Of a stretch of DNA of 64,000 nt, positions 18,932 through 29,626 are shown one piece after another. The translations under genes and the position numbers were made by a program. Numbering within the stretch: the first letter of the stretch is position 1; the number at the start of each line of letters is the position of its first letter. Location of the stretch: assembly GCA_965262855.1 (NCBI GenBank), contig OZ253563.1, forward strand, positions 1,635,011 to 1,699,010, read 5' to 3'. This stretch comes from Arenicellales bacterium (GTDB lineage Bacteria; Pseudomonadota; Gammaproteobacteria; Arenicellales; JAJDZL01). Below the pieces are notes generated by a model that saw nothing but the letters and a program-made list of their open reading frames with translations, searched no databases and was not told the origin of the DNA.

Positions 18932-21040
18932 TTAAGCTGCACGTACGCGAACTTTGCACTCGTTATAACAATTCGCGCCCGTGATCGGGCTGGTGTGAGT
19001 ATCCATCAGATTGTTGGAGTGTGCTCCGTGTCCCTTGGCCGTGGAGCCCATAGCCCAATGACCAAAGCCATGACCATGCCGAACACTCACGCAACCGGGT
19101 ACCAGGCCCTCAACAACCTTGGCTTTAATTTCAATACTGTCTTTCGGTGACTCGATTACCACAATGCTATCATCCTGGATGCCGTATCGGGCAGCATCTG
19201 AACTGTTTATTTCGACCCAGTTCTCTCCGCACACTTCCATTAGGTAAGGGTTGTTCTGAGTCACGATGTTACAGTGCATGCTCAACTTAGAATGAGTCAG
19301 CTGTAGAGGATAGTCTTTGTCAGGAAGCACCGACCGCTCGGTATACTCAGGATAACCGTTAAATCCAGCCTCTTCATAACTGCTGGAATATATCTCGATC
19401 TTTCCGGAGGGTGTCGGCAACCCTTCCGGCACTCGGTTATAGCGAATCTCCCCGGCCCAGAATCCTTTGTCCTTCAGTTCATCCAGAGTCATGGGAATAT
19501 TCTCCATCATCAGTTCACCCCAGTCCTCCCATTTTTCATACGGGAAATACTCGCCCCATCCCATTTTCTCGGCAATTCCTTTGGCAATTTCGTAAGGCGG
19601 TTTCGATTCCCCTACCGCTGGAACGACTGGTTGGCACAGAATGACTTGGGGGCCAAGCCACATGCCCTGACGAATTTCAGCCTGTTCGTAGAATGAGGTT
19701 TCCGGCAAAACAATATCGCATTCAAGTGCCGTTTCACTCATATAAAGCTCGCAGGCGACAGCCAGATCCAAGTGTTTGAACATTTCAAGAACTCGGTCTC
19801 GATTCGGATCGCTCATTACTGGGTTTGTAGCGTGAACAAACAGTGCTTTGACTGGATACGGATTTCCATCAATAACCGCTTCCGGCAGTTTGGAGTTCGG
19901 AAGGTCCGGGGCCAAAGGGTAACCCATGGCGACGTGAAGTGCTCCTTTGGTTGGTGCAGTTCTCGCCTCCTCCGGAATATTGACCGGCAACCCTAGGGGC
20001 GCCCAGTCCTTGAGATTAAGATTTCCCGGTTTGTCTACTTCTCCACAAATTGCGTTCAGCGCATAGCAGGCTCTTCCGGCATCCGCACCGTTGGTGTAAT
20101 ATCCGGATCCTTTGAAAATAGCTGACATTGCCGGCTTGGTTGTAGCAAACTCTCGGCTTAGCCGTTCAATTGTACCTTTGCCTACCCCGCAGATCGGTGC
20201 CGCCCACTCAGGTGTATAGCCATTTTCCTGGAGGTGTTCGCGAAATCCGTCAAAACCGTTGCAGTAGTTATTCGTGAAATCTACATCGTACATTCGGTTG
20301 CTGACTATGCTGTGGCACATCGCGAGCGCCAAGGCACCGTCGGTGCCTGGTTTGATGGGTACCCACTCGTCTGCCTTTTGTGCGGTCTCGGTAAAATTCG
20401 GATCGACCACTACCAGCTTGCACCCTTCCTTTTGCGCTTCAATGAGGGCTCTGCTCTCCCACAGCCCTTGATTTGCGCCTAGATTGTTCATGCCCCAGAG
20501 CATGACATATTTTGAATTGGCAAAATCATGCATTGGAAAAACATGCCCGAATAAAGTCAGGCAGGCCGACCTGCGATCCTGCTCACAGCCTGATGTGTGG
20601 GCATACAAATTCGGCGAACCATAAAGTTCGCCGAGCAGATGCCGATAAAACTGGGTATTGGGATCGTGGTGACAAGTCAGAGCCACCGCTTCAGGACCGA
20701 AATCTTTGGCAATGGAAGTTAGTTTATCAGCAATGAACGAGTAGGCTTCGTCCCATGAAATACGCTTGAAGCGCCCCGCTTCTCCTTTGGGATTGGTTCG
20801 CAGCATCGGATACTTCAGACGATCAGGATCTACTGTCACATGCCAACTCGCCATCCCTTTTGCGCACCTGGACCCGATATTGTTAGGGGATTCAGGATTC
20901 CCTTTGTGATAGACAATTTTATTGTCGCGTACAAATACCTCCGTTGGACATTGCCAAGGACAAGTGTAACAAAAACTTTTGACTACCTGCGCCCCTTTAA
21001 TTTCAGCAAGACGCGAACCCAAATCGTTTACAGCGGCCAT
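18932..21040 (-). CDS. Mo/W-bisPGD oxidoreductase catalytic subunit, PsrA/PhsA-like, no Tat leader
   Basis: CYTCPWQC..CAKG FS0 motif, DRLKYPM, GSPNLYAHTSGC (putative Cys Mo ligand), CDIVLPET, C-terminal molybdopterin-dinucleotide domain; no RRxFLK. Confidence 0.92.
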   Translation of the reverse strand: MAAVNDLGSRLAEIKGAQVVKSFCYTCPWQCPTEVFVRDNKIVYHKGNPESPNNIGSRCAKGMASWHVTVDPDRLKYPMLRTNPKGEAGRFKRISWDEAYSFIADKLTSIAKDFGPEAVALTCHHDPNTQFYRHLLGELYGSPNLYAHTSGCEQDRRSACLTLFGHVFPMHDFANSKYVMLWGMNNLGANQGLWESRALIEAQKEGCKLVVVDPNFTETAQKADEWVPIKPGTDGALALAMCHSIVSNRMYDVDFTNNYCNGFDGFREHLQENGYTPEWAAPICGVGKGTIERLSREFATTKPAMSAIFKGSGYYTNGADAGRACYALNAICGEVDKPGNLNLKDWAPLGLPVNIPEEARTAPTKGALHVAMGYPLAPDLPNSKLPEAVIDGNPYPVKALFVHATNPVMSDPNRDRVLEMFKHLDLAVACELYMSETALECDIVLPETSFYEQAEIRQGMWLGPQVILCQPVVPAVGESKPPYEIAKGIAEKMGWGEYFPYEKWEDWGELMMENIPMTLDELKDKGFWAGEIRYNRVPEGLPTPSGKIEIYSSSYEEAGFNGYPEYTERSVLPDKDYPLQLTHSKLSMHCNIVTQNNPYLMEVCGENWVEINSSDAARYGIQDDSIVVIESPKDSIEIKAKVVEGLVPGCVSVRHGHGFGHWAMGSTAKGHGAHSNNLMDTHTSPITGANCYNECKVRVRAA

Positions 21041-21395
21041 AATTTCTCCTCTCGCCCCGATCGTTCATTCAGATAAATTCAATATTTTCGTTTTGTATAT
21101 TCTAAATATATCGAAACGCATCGCTAATTCTATTGAATTTGTGTTCGTTATGTAAAATTTGAACCTATCTCATACATCCAGTCTCCATTTTTCTCCGACG
21201 CAAAACAATTTAATCGCACCCTGCATTAGTTACGACTTAAAATTTGATTCAATACTCCCATCCCTATTGATGTCATATGTACTGTCAAGTTAATCTTATC
21301 CGTAGTAGTGCACAGCACGAACCATCTCGCGGATTTATTCACAAATACGCTGTGGTACGGCTCTTCTAAGAAATACCTAGAATACTACAACCTTC

Positions 21396-22022
21396 ATGAA
21401 CAGTTTCAGCTTTGAAACAACTCCGCAGCATTTGGCTGGTGCAATTCGATTGCTGCAACACATACCTGCACTGTCTATTCCAACATTGTCGGACAAATTT
21501 CGGCTCGCGCTTCTCAAGGAAGCTCGGCAGTATCCACTTCGTGAAATATCCAATTATGTCGGCAGCGGTCGAAATAAAGTACGTCAGGAAATGTTTCTGC
21601 AAGATCAATTGAATCTTCATGGGCTTTTTGGCCAACTGAAGGAGGAATTCCAAACCTTGTTCGACCAATCCGTGGCTGGAACGGAATTCTTTAGCGACGG
21701 AGTCATCTTCAATGATTGGATAATCCAAAAGTACGAGCCCGGAAGCGCTGGTATCACTCCCCATCGAGACCGAACCGACTATCGTCATATGATTTGCCTC
21801 TTCGTTCTAGCCGGTCACGGAAGATTTTTTGTCTCCGATGACCGTGAGAAAACCAATCAGCGCGAGATTGCCAATTTACCTGGAGATGTTATTTTGATGC
21901 CTGGCCCTGGGTTCAAATATCTTGAACAGAGACCGTTTCACTATCTTGAGGACATCACAGAAGAACGCTGGATATTCGGGCTTCGTCACGACGAAAGCAA
22001 ATTGAATGAAAAACCAAATTAG
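21396..22022 (+). CDS. 2OG-Fe(II) dioxygenase superfamily protein (AlkB-like)
   Basis: IQKYEPG..GITPHRD (HxD), PFHYL, RWIFGLR. Confidence 0.7.
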   Translation: MNSFSFETTPQHLAGAIRLLQHIPALSIPTLSDKFRLALLKEARQYPLREISNYVGSGRNKVRQEMFLQDQLNLHGLFGQLKEEFQTLFDQSVAGTEFFSDGVIFNDWIIQKYEPGSAGITPHRDRTDYRHMICLFVLAGHGRFFVSDDREKTNQREIANLPGDVILMPGPGFKYLEQRPFHYLEDITEERWIFGLRHDESKLNEKPN

Positions 22023-22266
22023 CCGCTATCTGTATAACACTCGACGAAACGAATCATTGGGTAAGTTTGGTAGATATAAATTTGTCAAAATAAAAGATTC
22101 TTCTAATACCTATGAGATGGATCTTTGAAAGTGGATTAGGTATCGTCGCCTTCAACATTTCGATAGTCTAACTCAAAGGGGGATGGGCAAATGGCTACGT
22201 AATTATCTCAAGGTTGACGGAATGAAAGGACTACTTAAGAAATTTGGATTAAGAGGCGAGATATGA
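22006..22266 (+). pseudogene. Paralog of the downstream 97-aa ORF with one in-frame TGA (22126-22128)
   Basis: MKNQISRYLY..GKFGRYKFVKIKDSS..MDL*K..WLRNYLKVDGMKGLLKKFGLR aligns to YGRYNLIQIRNSS..NLRK..WLRENLKVGGMEGLLRRIGLR; its stop overlaps the next ATG (ATGA). Confidence 0.6.
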
Positions 22267-22556
22267 GTTGGGAAGAGCCAGAATTTGAATTTACGATAAA
22301 AACGTATCTTGTAAGGGTCATGCCACTCGGTAACGCTCCTTATGGTAGGTATAACCTTATCCAAATAAGAAACTCTTCTGATAAATTCGTGACCAACCTT
22401 AGGAAAGATCGGAATACAGAAGAGTGGACTAGTAATCTTAGTCCAACTCAAGATGAAGTTAACGATTGGCTACGTGAGAATCTTAAGGTTGGCGGGATGG
22501 AAGGATTGCTCAGGAGAATTGGATTGAGGGATGAAAATTTCGTGCCTTTTGTGTAG
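22263..22556 (+). CDS. Hypothetical protein (97 aa), second copy of a tandem pair
   Basis: Open ORF with clear similarity to the upstream copy. Confidence 0.65.
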   Translation: MSWEEPEFEFTIKTYLVRVMPLGNAPYGRYNLIQIRNSSDKFVTNLRKDRNTEEWTSNLSPTQDEVNDWLRENLKVGGMEGLLRRIGLRDENFVPFV

Positions 22557-22703
22557 TAAATCACTACAACTAGTAGACCAGTACTTATTTAATGAAATGT
22601 GCAGGGAAGAGCCAGAAATTAATGTCAGAATTAGCTTGAATTTTCTCTGGATCATGTCAACCACTACCAGATAACCAGATTAGCAACCATTGTTCTTTGC
22701 TTT

Positions 22704-23084
22704 TCAGAGCAAATCCAGTTCGTTCAATACTTTGCGAGCGGAGCGAAAGCACTCCAAACTTTGAGGAACGCCGCAGTAAATGCCTATTACATGAATGATG
22801 GCCCGAATTTCTTCCTTGCTGACGCCATTGTTTATAGCTCCTCGACAGTGTAATTCCCATTCATGCATCTTACCGAGCGCACCAAGCATAGCGAGATTCA
22901 TCATCGAACGGGTTTTTGCGTCAATCGCATCGTCACCCCAGCCAAAGCCCCAGCACCACTCAGTCATTGCCTCCTGGAACGGTCGGGTGAATTCATCAGC
23001 AGATTCGAGATTCTTAACGACATATGACTCACCAAGAGTGGATTTACGTCGACCAAGACCTTTTTCAAATAATTCTTTATCCAT
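22704..23084 (-). CDS. Carboxymuconolactone decarboxylase (CMD) family protein
   Basis: TEWCWGFGW, TRSMMNLAML, HCRGAINNGVSKEEI, IYCGVP. Confidence 0.85.
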   Translation of the reverse strand: MDKELFEKGLGRRKSTLGESYVVKNLESADEFTRPFQEAMTEWCWGFGWGDDAIDAKTRSMMNLAMLGALGKMHEWELHCRGAINNGVSKEEIRAIIHVIGIYCGVPQSLECFRSARKVLNELDLL

Positions 23085-23155
23085 TCAAACGCCTCCAGAC
23101 TTTCAATTGACTAAGAACAAATTTTAACTTGCGAAGGCGACAGCTTCTGCATCGC

Positions 23156-24334
23156 CTAGAGATTCATCAATCCACCTGTCAAATCGGCAATCAAGTCATC
23201 CACGTCTTCCAGCCCGATAGACAGGCGGATGAGTCCATCCGAAATTCCAACTCTCTCCCGGTCTGTCTGGGTAATGCGACTGTGTGTTGTAGTTGCCGGA
23301 TGAGTCACCGTGCTCTTCGCATCACCCATGTTTGCAGTAATTGAAAATATCGCCAAAGCATCAATCACTTGCCATGCCGCCGATTTCCCACCAAACACCT
23401 CGAAAGAAAGGATTGCTCCATAGTCGCTTTGCTGACGGGCTGCTATTTCATGATACTGATGACTCTTGAGTCCTGGATAGAATACGCGACTTACTTTCGG
23501 ATGCCGGTTCAGCCATTCAGCAATTCTTACAGCGTTTGTACAAGACTCTTTCATTCTGATAGCAAGCGTTTCCAGTCCCTTATGGAAAATCCATGCATTA
23601 AAAGGGCTCATGGAGGGGCCTGCAGTGCGAAGGAAGCCATATATGTTGTTTGCAAGCTGCTGATCGTTTGTGACGACAGCACCACCAACCGCCCGTCCTT
23701 GTCCATCTAAAAATTTTGTGGAAGAATGCACCACCGCGTCAGCTCCCAATTTCAGGGGCTGCTGCAAAGCAGGTGTGCAGGCACAATTGTCAACAACCAA
23801 TTTGCAATCTTCCGCAGATTTCGAGATTTGCGCAAGTTTGGTTATGTCGATGATCTCGCACAGCGGATTGGACGGTGATTCGACAAAAATTAATTTTGTT
23901 CTGGGCCCAAGCTCATTTGCCCAACTTTCGATATTGTTTGGTGATAGAAAAGTAGTCGATATATCGAATCGGGTCAAAATATTGTTAAACAGATTGATGG
24001 TTGAACCAAATAATCCTCTCGCCGCGACAATATTGTCGCCGGACTTCAGTGTAGTCAAACACAGTGCAAGTATGGCGGCCATCCCCGAAGCCGTACCGAC
24101 GCAGTAATCAGCGCCCTCCAAGGCTGCGAGGCGGTTCTCGAATGCTTTTGTGGTTGGATTGGTGAATCTGGAATAGATGTTTCCAGTGACAGATTCATCA
24201 AATAGGCTGGCAGCGTGCTCAGCGCTTTCGAACACAAAGCTAGATGTTGCAAATATTGCATCGCTGTGCTCATTTTCAGCAGTTCGAGATTGTCCAGCTC
24301 TGACTGCTTTGGTTTTAAACCCTTTTTTGTCCAT
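23156..24334 (-). CDS. metZ: O-succinylhomoserine sulfhydrylase
   Basis: IYSRFTNPT, ASGMAA, ESPSNP, HSSTKFLDGQGR (PLP Lys), NMGDAKSTVTHPATTTH. Confidence 0.92.
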   Translation of the reverse strand: MDKKGFKTKAVRAGQSRTAENEHSDAIFATSSFVFESAEHAASLFDESVTGNIYSRFTNPTTKAFENRLAALEGADYCVGTASGMAAILALCLTTLKSGDNIVAARGLFGSTINLFNNILTRFDISTTFLSPNNIESWANELGPRTKLIFVESPSNPLCEIIDITKLAQISKSAEDCKLVVDNCACTPALQQPLKLGADAVVHSSTKFLDGQGRAVGGAVVTNDQQLANNIYGFLRTAGPSMSPFNAWIFHKGLETLAIRMKESCTNAVRIAEWLNRHPKVSRVFYPGLKSHQYHEIAARQQSDYGAILSFEVFGGKSAAWQVIDALAIFSITANMGDAKSTVTHPATTTHSRITQTDRERVGISDGLIRLSIGLEDVDDLIADLTGGLMNL

Positions 24335-24379
24335 TTGTTACTACCAAAAAGGCACGACAAAGGGTAAACCGAAGTATCG

Positions 24380-24430
24380 CTTTAGCCTCTCGAAAACACG
24401 CGCCGGCAAGCTGATCATCAAATCAGCGCA
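24380..24430 (-). ncRNA. SAM-II (SAM-alpha-like) riboswitch upstream of metZ
   Basis: Minus strand UGCGC-UGAUUUG-augauc-AGCUUGC-CG-GCGCG..GCUAAAG: P1 GCGC/GCGC, conserved UGAUUU and UUGC, pseudoknot AGC/GCU, terminal GCUAAA; ~45 nt before the metZ ATG. Confidence 0.75.
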
Positions 24431-24755
24431 TTTAATTATTCAACTAAATATTATTTTAATTACAACCGAAGTTAACAACACCATTTAGTCACATTCGAAC
24501 CTGACACATCAATATTTGTTTTTGTGCCAACTTCATTTAACCTAATTTTACTTGTACTGGTGTCGAAATACTTTAGTTTGTCCAGCCACAAAAATTCATC
24601 CATATTTACCTCGCCTCTGCGATTGATAGTCTGCAATTCAATCGCCTTAGTTGCTACAGTTGAGCAAGAGATTCAGTGAGAACAACTGATTAAGCCTCAG
24701 TTGGCTTTGAGCATATTTAGTCACTTACAGGCACAAATTTTGTGAGGCTCTATCT

Positions 24756-25556
24756 GTGATAGTAATCACCGTGTGCAGCACCAAAGGCGGAGTGGGAAAA
24801 ACAAGTCTTTGTGCCAACATTGGAGGCTTTGCAGCAGACTGGGGATGGAAAGTTTTGCTCATTGATTCTGACCCACAACCGTCTCTAAGTAACTATTTTC
24901 CAGTTATCGAACGATCTCCATTCGGTCTCTCGCGAATATTTTCACATGCTGAAATAGGCAAATCCATTAGTAAGACGGCACAGTCTCGTCTGAGTATTGT
25001 GCTATCTGATGATCCTGAAAGCATTTGCGAACAAAATATTTCGCGGCTGACCGACGGCTGGAACCGCATGCGAACCGTTCTGCTGGAACTGGGCGGATAT
25101 GATTTGGTAATTATCGACACACAGGGAGCTTCCGGTGCAGTTGTCGACGCAGCCATTCTTTCAAGCGACGTACTTTTATCGCCAATCGTTCCAGATATGT
25201 TGTCGGCTCGGGAGTTTTTTGGAGGCACTATACGCACGCTACATCGTCTTGAACGTCAGTTTGGTTCTACTCACCTGCCAAAAACAATGAGTGGCGTCGT
25301 TTACAGAACACGCTCCACAGTCGATTCCAGGTTAGTCTCCCAACAGCTGAATTTACTGATTCACGGACTACCCAATGTAAGCCTGCTCACAACCAGCGTT
25401 CCTGACAGGACGGTTTACCGAGATGCTGCAACTGCACAAATTCCGGTACACAGATACGAACGAAAACGTAGGAGAGGAAGCAGCGCCAACGAAACAATGC
25501 TGTCGCTCGCGACAGAACTTCTACCTGATTTAGATTGCAACTTCGACGAAATTTAA
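24756..25556 (+). CDS. parA: ParA/Soj ATPase, ICE type
   Basis: STKGGVGKTS deviant Walker A, LIDSDPQ, IIDTQGA, YRDAATAQIPVHRYE. Confidence 0.92.
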   Translation: MIVITVCSTKGGVGKTSLCANIGGFAADWGWKVLLIDSDPQPSLSNYFPVIERSPFGLSRIFSHAEIGKSISKTAQSRLSIVLSDDPESICEQNISRLTDGWNRMRTVLLELGGYDLVIIDTQGASGAVVDAAILSSDVLLSPIVPDMLSAREFFGGTIRTLHRLERQFGSTHLPKTMSGVVYRTRSTVDSRLVSQQLNLLIHGLPNVSLLTTSVPDRTVYRDAATAQIPVHRYERKRRRGSSANETMLSLATELLPDLDCNFDEI

Positions 25557-25579
25557 TATTCAGAAATAAGGGAGGCATC

Positions 25580-27277
25580 ATGTCGCATCGCCCATCATCG
25601 CAGCAAGTCATGGAAAGATTGTTACCAGATACGATTGAAATTTGGAATAAAGACAGGAACTTCAAGAATGAACTCACTACGAGGACCTTTCTAACTGTCC
25701 CTATATCTGAGCTTCATTCCTACGATATGAATCCCAGAAGATTGGAAAATCCCAACTACGAGAAAATCAAAGAATCCATTTTAAACGACGGAATGAATCA
25801 ACCATTGGTAGTCACTCAGCGACCTGGTGAACAGAATTTCATGATCTACAAAGGTGGGAACACCCGTTTAAAGGCAATAAGAGAACTGTATGAAGAAACC
25901 GGAAGCCGCAAATTCAAATTCATTGATTGCTCATTTCTCCCCTGGAGCGGACTTGAATCTGATGCCATCATAGGCCATCTACAAGAAAATGAAATGCGTA
26001 AATCACTGTGTTTTATCGACCGGGCTCACGGTGTCAAACTAGCCATGAACTACCTCAAATCAGAATCTGAAGAAATCAATCTTTCCCTGCGAGAATATCT
26101 TTCACTTCTAGCTAAAAGGGGGTTCAGCACAACAATCAGCACTCTTTCTATCATGGTATACGCGACCGATATCGTGGAGCCTTTGCTACCGCGCAACGTC
26201 TGTGCATCGCTAGGTAGGCCGCAAGTTCAAAAACTAAGAGCACTTGAAAATTCATTTCGGAAAGTTTGCGACGAATTCAAACTCACCGAGAGTAAACAGC
26301 GAGACTTATTCAGCCAATCATTGCAGAAATTTGATGAATCTATTTGGTCACACAAAAGTTTTCGGCGTTCACTAGAAACGTTGCTTGCCGATTCTCAATC
26401 AACATCTATCCAGGATATCTCTCTTCGACTAAATGGTTACTTGAATCTTTCCTCGATGCCACTTAGTGAATCTCCCGAAATAATAGATAAAAAATATATT
26501 CATTCTGTTCCAACAAATCGACAAAAGCTGTGCACCGATTTGGTGCGTCAACAAGGTGTTTACAGTGTAAACACCTCAAAATCTCCTAATATATTGCACC
26601 ATTTTGGTGCAGATAGTGATTTGAGAAATAACGTTCAATCTCCAAATTCGGAAAAAACCCAGTCAAAATCTGACCCTGTTACTAAAAGTCGAACTCCGGT
26701 GATACCAAAACTAACTCCAGCGAAACGTTCGATGAAAGAGACAGATGCCGAAATCGAGCTAGAGTCGCTTCGCAGGCAAGCCTACGAATTAGCATGGCGT
26801 CTGGCAAAACGTCACTCGTTCCATGAAAATTCGGATACAAAAAGAGAAATCGTTTCCAATACTGGAAATTGGGGAGTGGGATACCTCATAACCGACTACC
26901 CCGCTGCTGCAACAGGACTCAGTGCTAGTCTCTCTGGCACACGTGATGCCTTGTGGTGGCTCCTGCTTGAAAATTGCGACTTGCAGTGGGCTATGGAGTG
27001 TGCAAGGCCACTAACCGCTAAAATTGTCGGTAACTCTGAGCTACGCCACTACATTAAATCTGGGAATGCAAGAACTTTGTACATGCACGCCAAAGACAAG
27101 ATGAAATGTACATACCCTCACTTAGGATTATTGAATTTCTGCATCCGACAACTTGACGATGAATCCTGGAATGACGTCCACCAATTGACATGGACATATC
27201 GATGGCTTCACCAACTAGCGAGAGCCAATAATATCCATCTATTTAAATTACCGAAAACCGGAGGTATACCTACATGA
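25580..27277 (+). CDS. parB: ParB-family protein, PFGI-1 class
   Basis: YDMNPRR..NPNYEKIKESI..GMNQPLVVTQRPG..GGNTRL; GGAGG RBS before ATG 25580. Confidence 0.88.
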   Translation: MSHRPSSQQVMERLLPDTIEIWNKDRNFKNELTTRTFLTVPISELHSYDMNPRRLENPNYEKIKESILNDGMNQPLVVTQRPGEQNFMIYKGGNTRLKAIRELYEETGSRKFKFIDCSFLPWSGLESDAIIGHLQENEMRKSLCFIDRAHGVKLAMNYLKSESEEINLSLREYLSLLAKRGFSTTISTLSIMVYATDIVEPLLPRNVCASLGRPQVQKLRALENSFRKVCDEFKLTESKQRDLFSQSLQKFDESIWSHKSFRRSLETLLADSQSTSIQDISLRLNGYLNLSSMPLSESPEIIDKKYIHSVPTNRQKLCTDLVRQQGVYSVNTSKSPNILHHFGADSDLRNNVQSPNSEKTQSKSDPVTKSRTPVIPKLTPAKRSMKETDAEIELESLRRQAYELAWRLAKRHSFHENSDTKREIVSNTGNWGVGYLITDYPAAATGLSASLSGTRDALWWLLLENCDLQWAMECARPLTAKIVGNSELRHYIKSGNARTLYMHAKDKMKCTYPHLGLLNFCIRQLDDESWNDVHQLTWTYRWLHQLARANNIHLFKLPKTGGIPT

Positions 27278-27879
27278 CTATCAAGAAAGAAGCTGAACTA
27301 ATGAATGCCATTATTGTCTATTGCCACCGATGTCACGATGAAGGTGACTTCTCTGCTCTCACGGAAATGGGCTTCGGTCCCCGTGAAATGAAAGCTCTTA
27401 ATTCGTTATCCTCGGCCGATAGATTACGACTTGCATCCACTAGAACGCATTTTCTAAATATCACAATTAATCAGGAAGTGTATTGGAGAATGATTGACTA
27501 CATCTACCGAGAAAACGATAAGGAAGCTCTTATTGATGAGTTAGTATCCCATGATGCCCCCCTACCAATGATGTACGCTCTGACGGGAATGGGCAGCAAA
27601 CAATATTCCTTGAAGCGTAGACAATACGGACTTGGGCATTCGCCGGCAGGCCGACCTCGCATCCCCACCGACGAAGTTGTCGATTTAGTTTGGACCGAAT
27701 TGAAGAATATTGTCAGTGAATCGACAACATTTGGACCGAAGGAATTTCTAGTTTTATTCAATTCGATGGATAAAGAAGTGCCATTACGAGTCATTTGGAA
27801 TCTATTCTACCGGTGGGAAAAAGATGGAAATTTGAGAATACATCGCTCCGGCTCAGAACAAACAACAAATGAATCGTAG
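27274..27879 (+). CDS. DUF2857 / STY4526-family ICE protein
   Basis: Follows parB with ATGA overlap; MMYALTGM..KRRQYG..GR motif. Confidence 0.8.
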   Translation: MTIKKEAELMNAIIVYCHRCHDEGDFSALTEMGFGPREMKALNSLSSADRLRLASTRTHFLNITINQEVYWRMIDYIYRENDKEALIDELVSHDAPLPMMYALTGMGSKQYSLKRRQYGLGHSPAGRPRIPTDEVVDLVWTELKNIVSESTTFGPKEFLVLFNSMDKEVPLRVIWNLFYRWEKDGNLRIHRSGSEQTTNES

Positions 27880-27949
27880 CCTCATTGCTCAATCGTGAAT
27901 CTCGTGCTAGTCTCGACGATCTTCGCCGGAAATTTGTTTCCTTTGGAAA

Positions 27950-29323
<1,374 letters not shown>

Positions 29324-29626
29324 ACAGGTTAGTTGTATACCGAAAGTAACAAATTTTCGAGAATCAACTCAATCATGACCCTTCATGTAGACCTAGAGCA
29401 TGTAATTGCATGAATATACAAATTCACGAGCACACAGCACCGCAAAGACGCGGCAAAAATTATCACAATGCCTTTTTTCACGAAATCTTCCAACACCCGG
29501 TGTACTCTAAGGAGTTATTTCAACTGCTATTTTCTGAACAGGTATTTAACCTGTTTGACTGGACAACTCTGAAACGGGAATCGTCTCATTTTCAAGATGC
29601 ACAGCATCGTGAGAGACGGGCAGACC

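Noticed and set aside
21041-21395. Cobalamin riboswitch or FNR box upstream of the Mo/corrinoid operon
   Set aside because: No B12-box motifs; the TTGA-N14-TCAA near 21268-21289 does not fit TTGAT-N4-ATCAA
24484-24510. GGTTCGAAT (minus strand) near the ICE left border as a tRNA/att remnant
   Set aside because: Flanks do not pair into a T-arm; no acceptor stem or CCA
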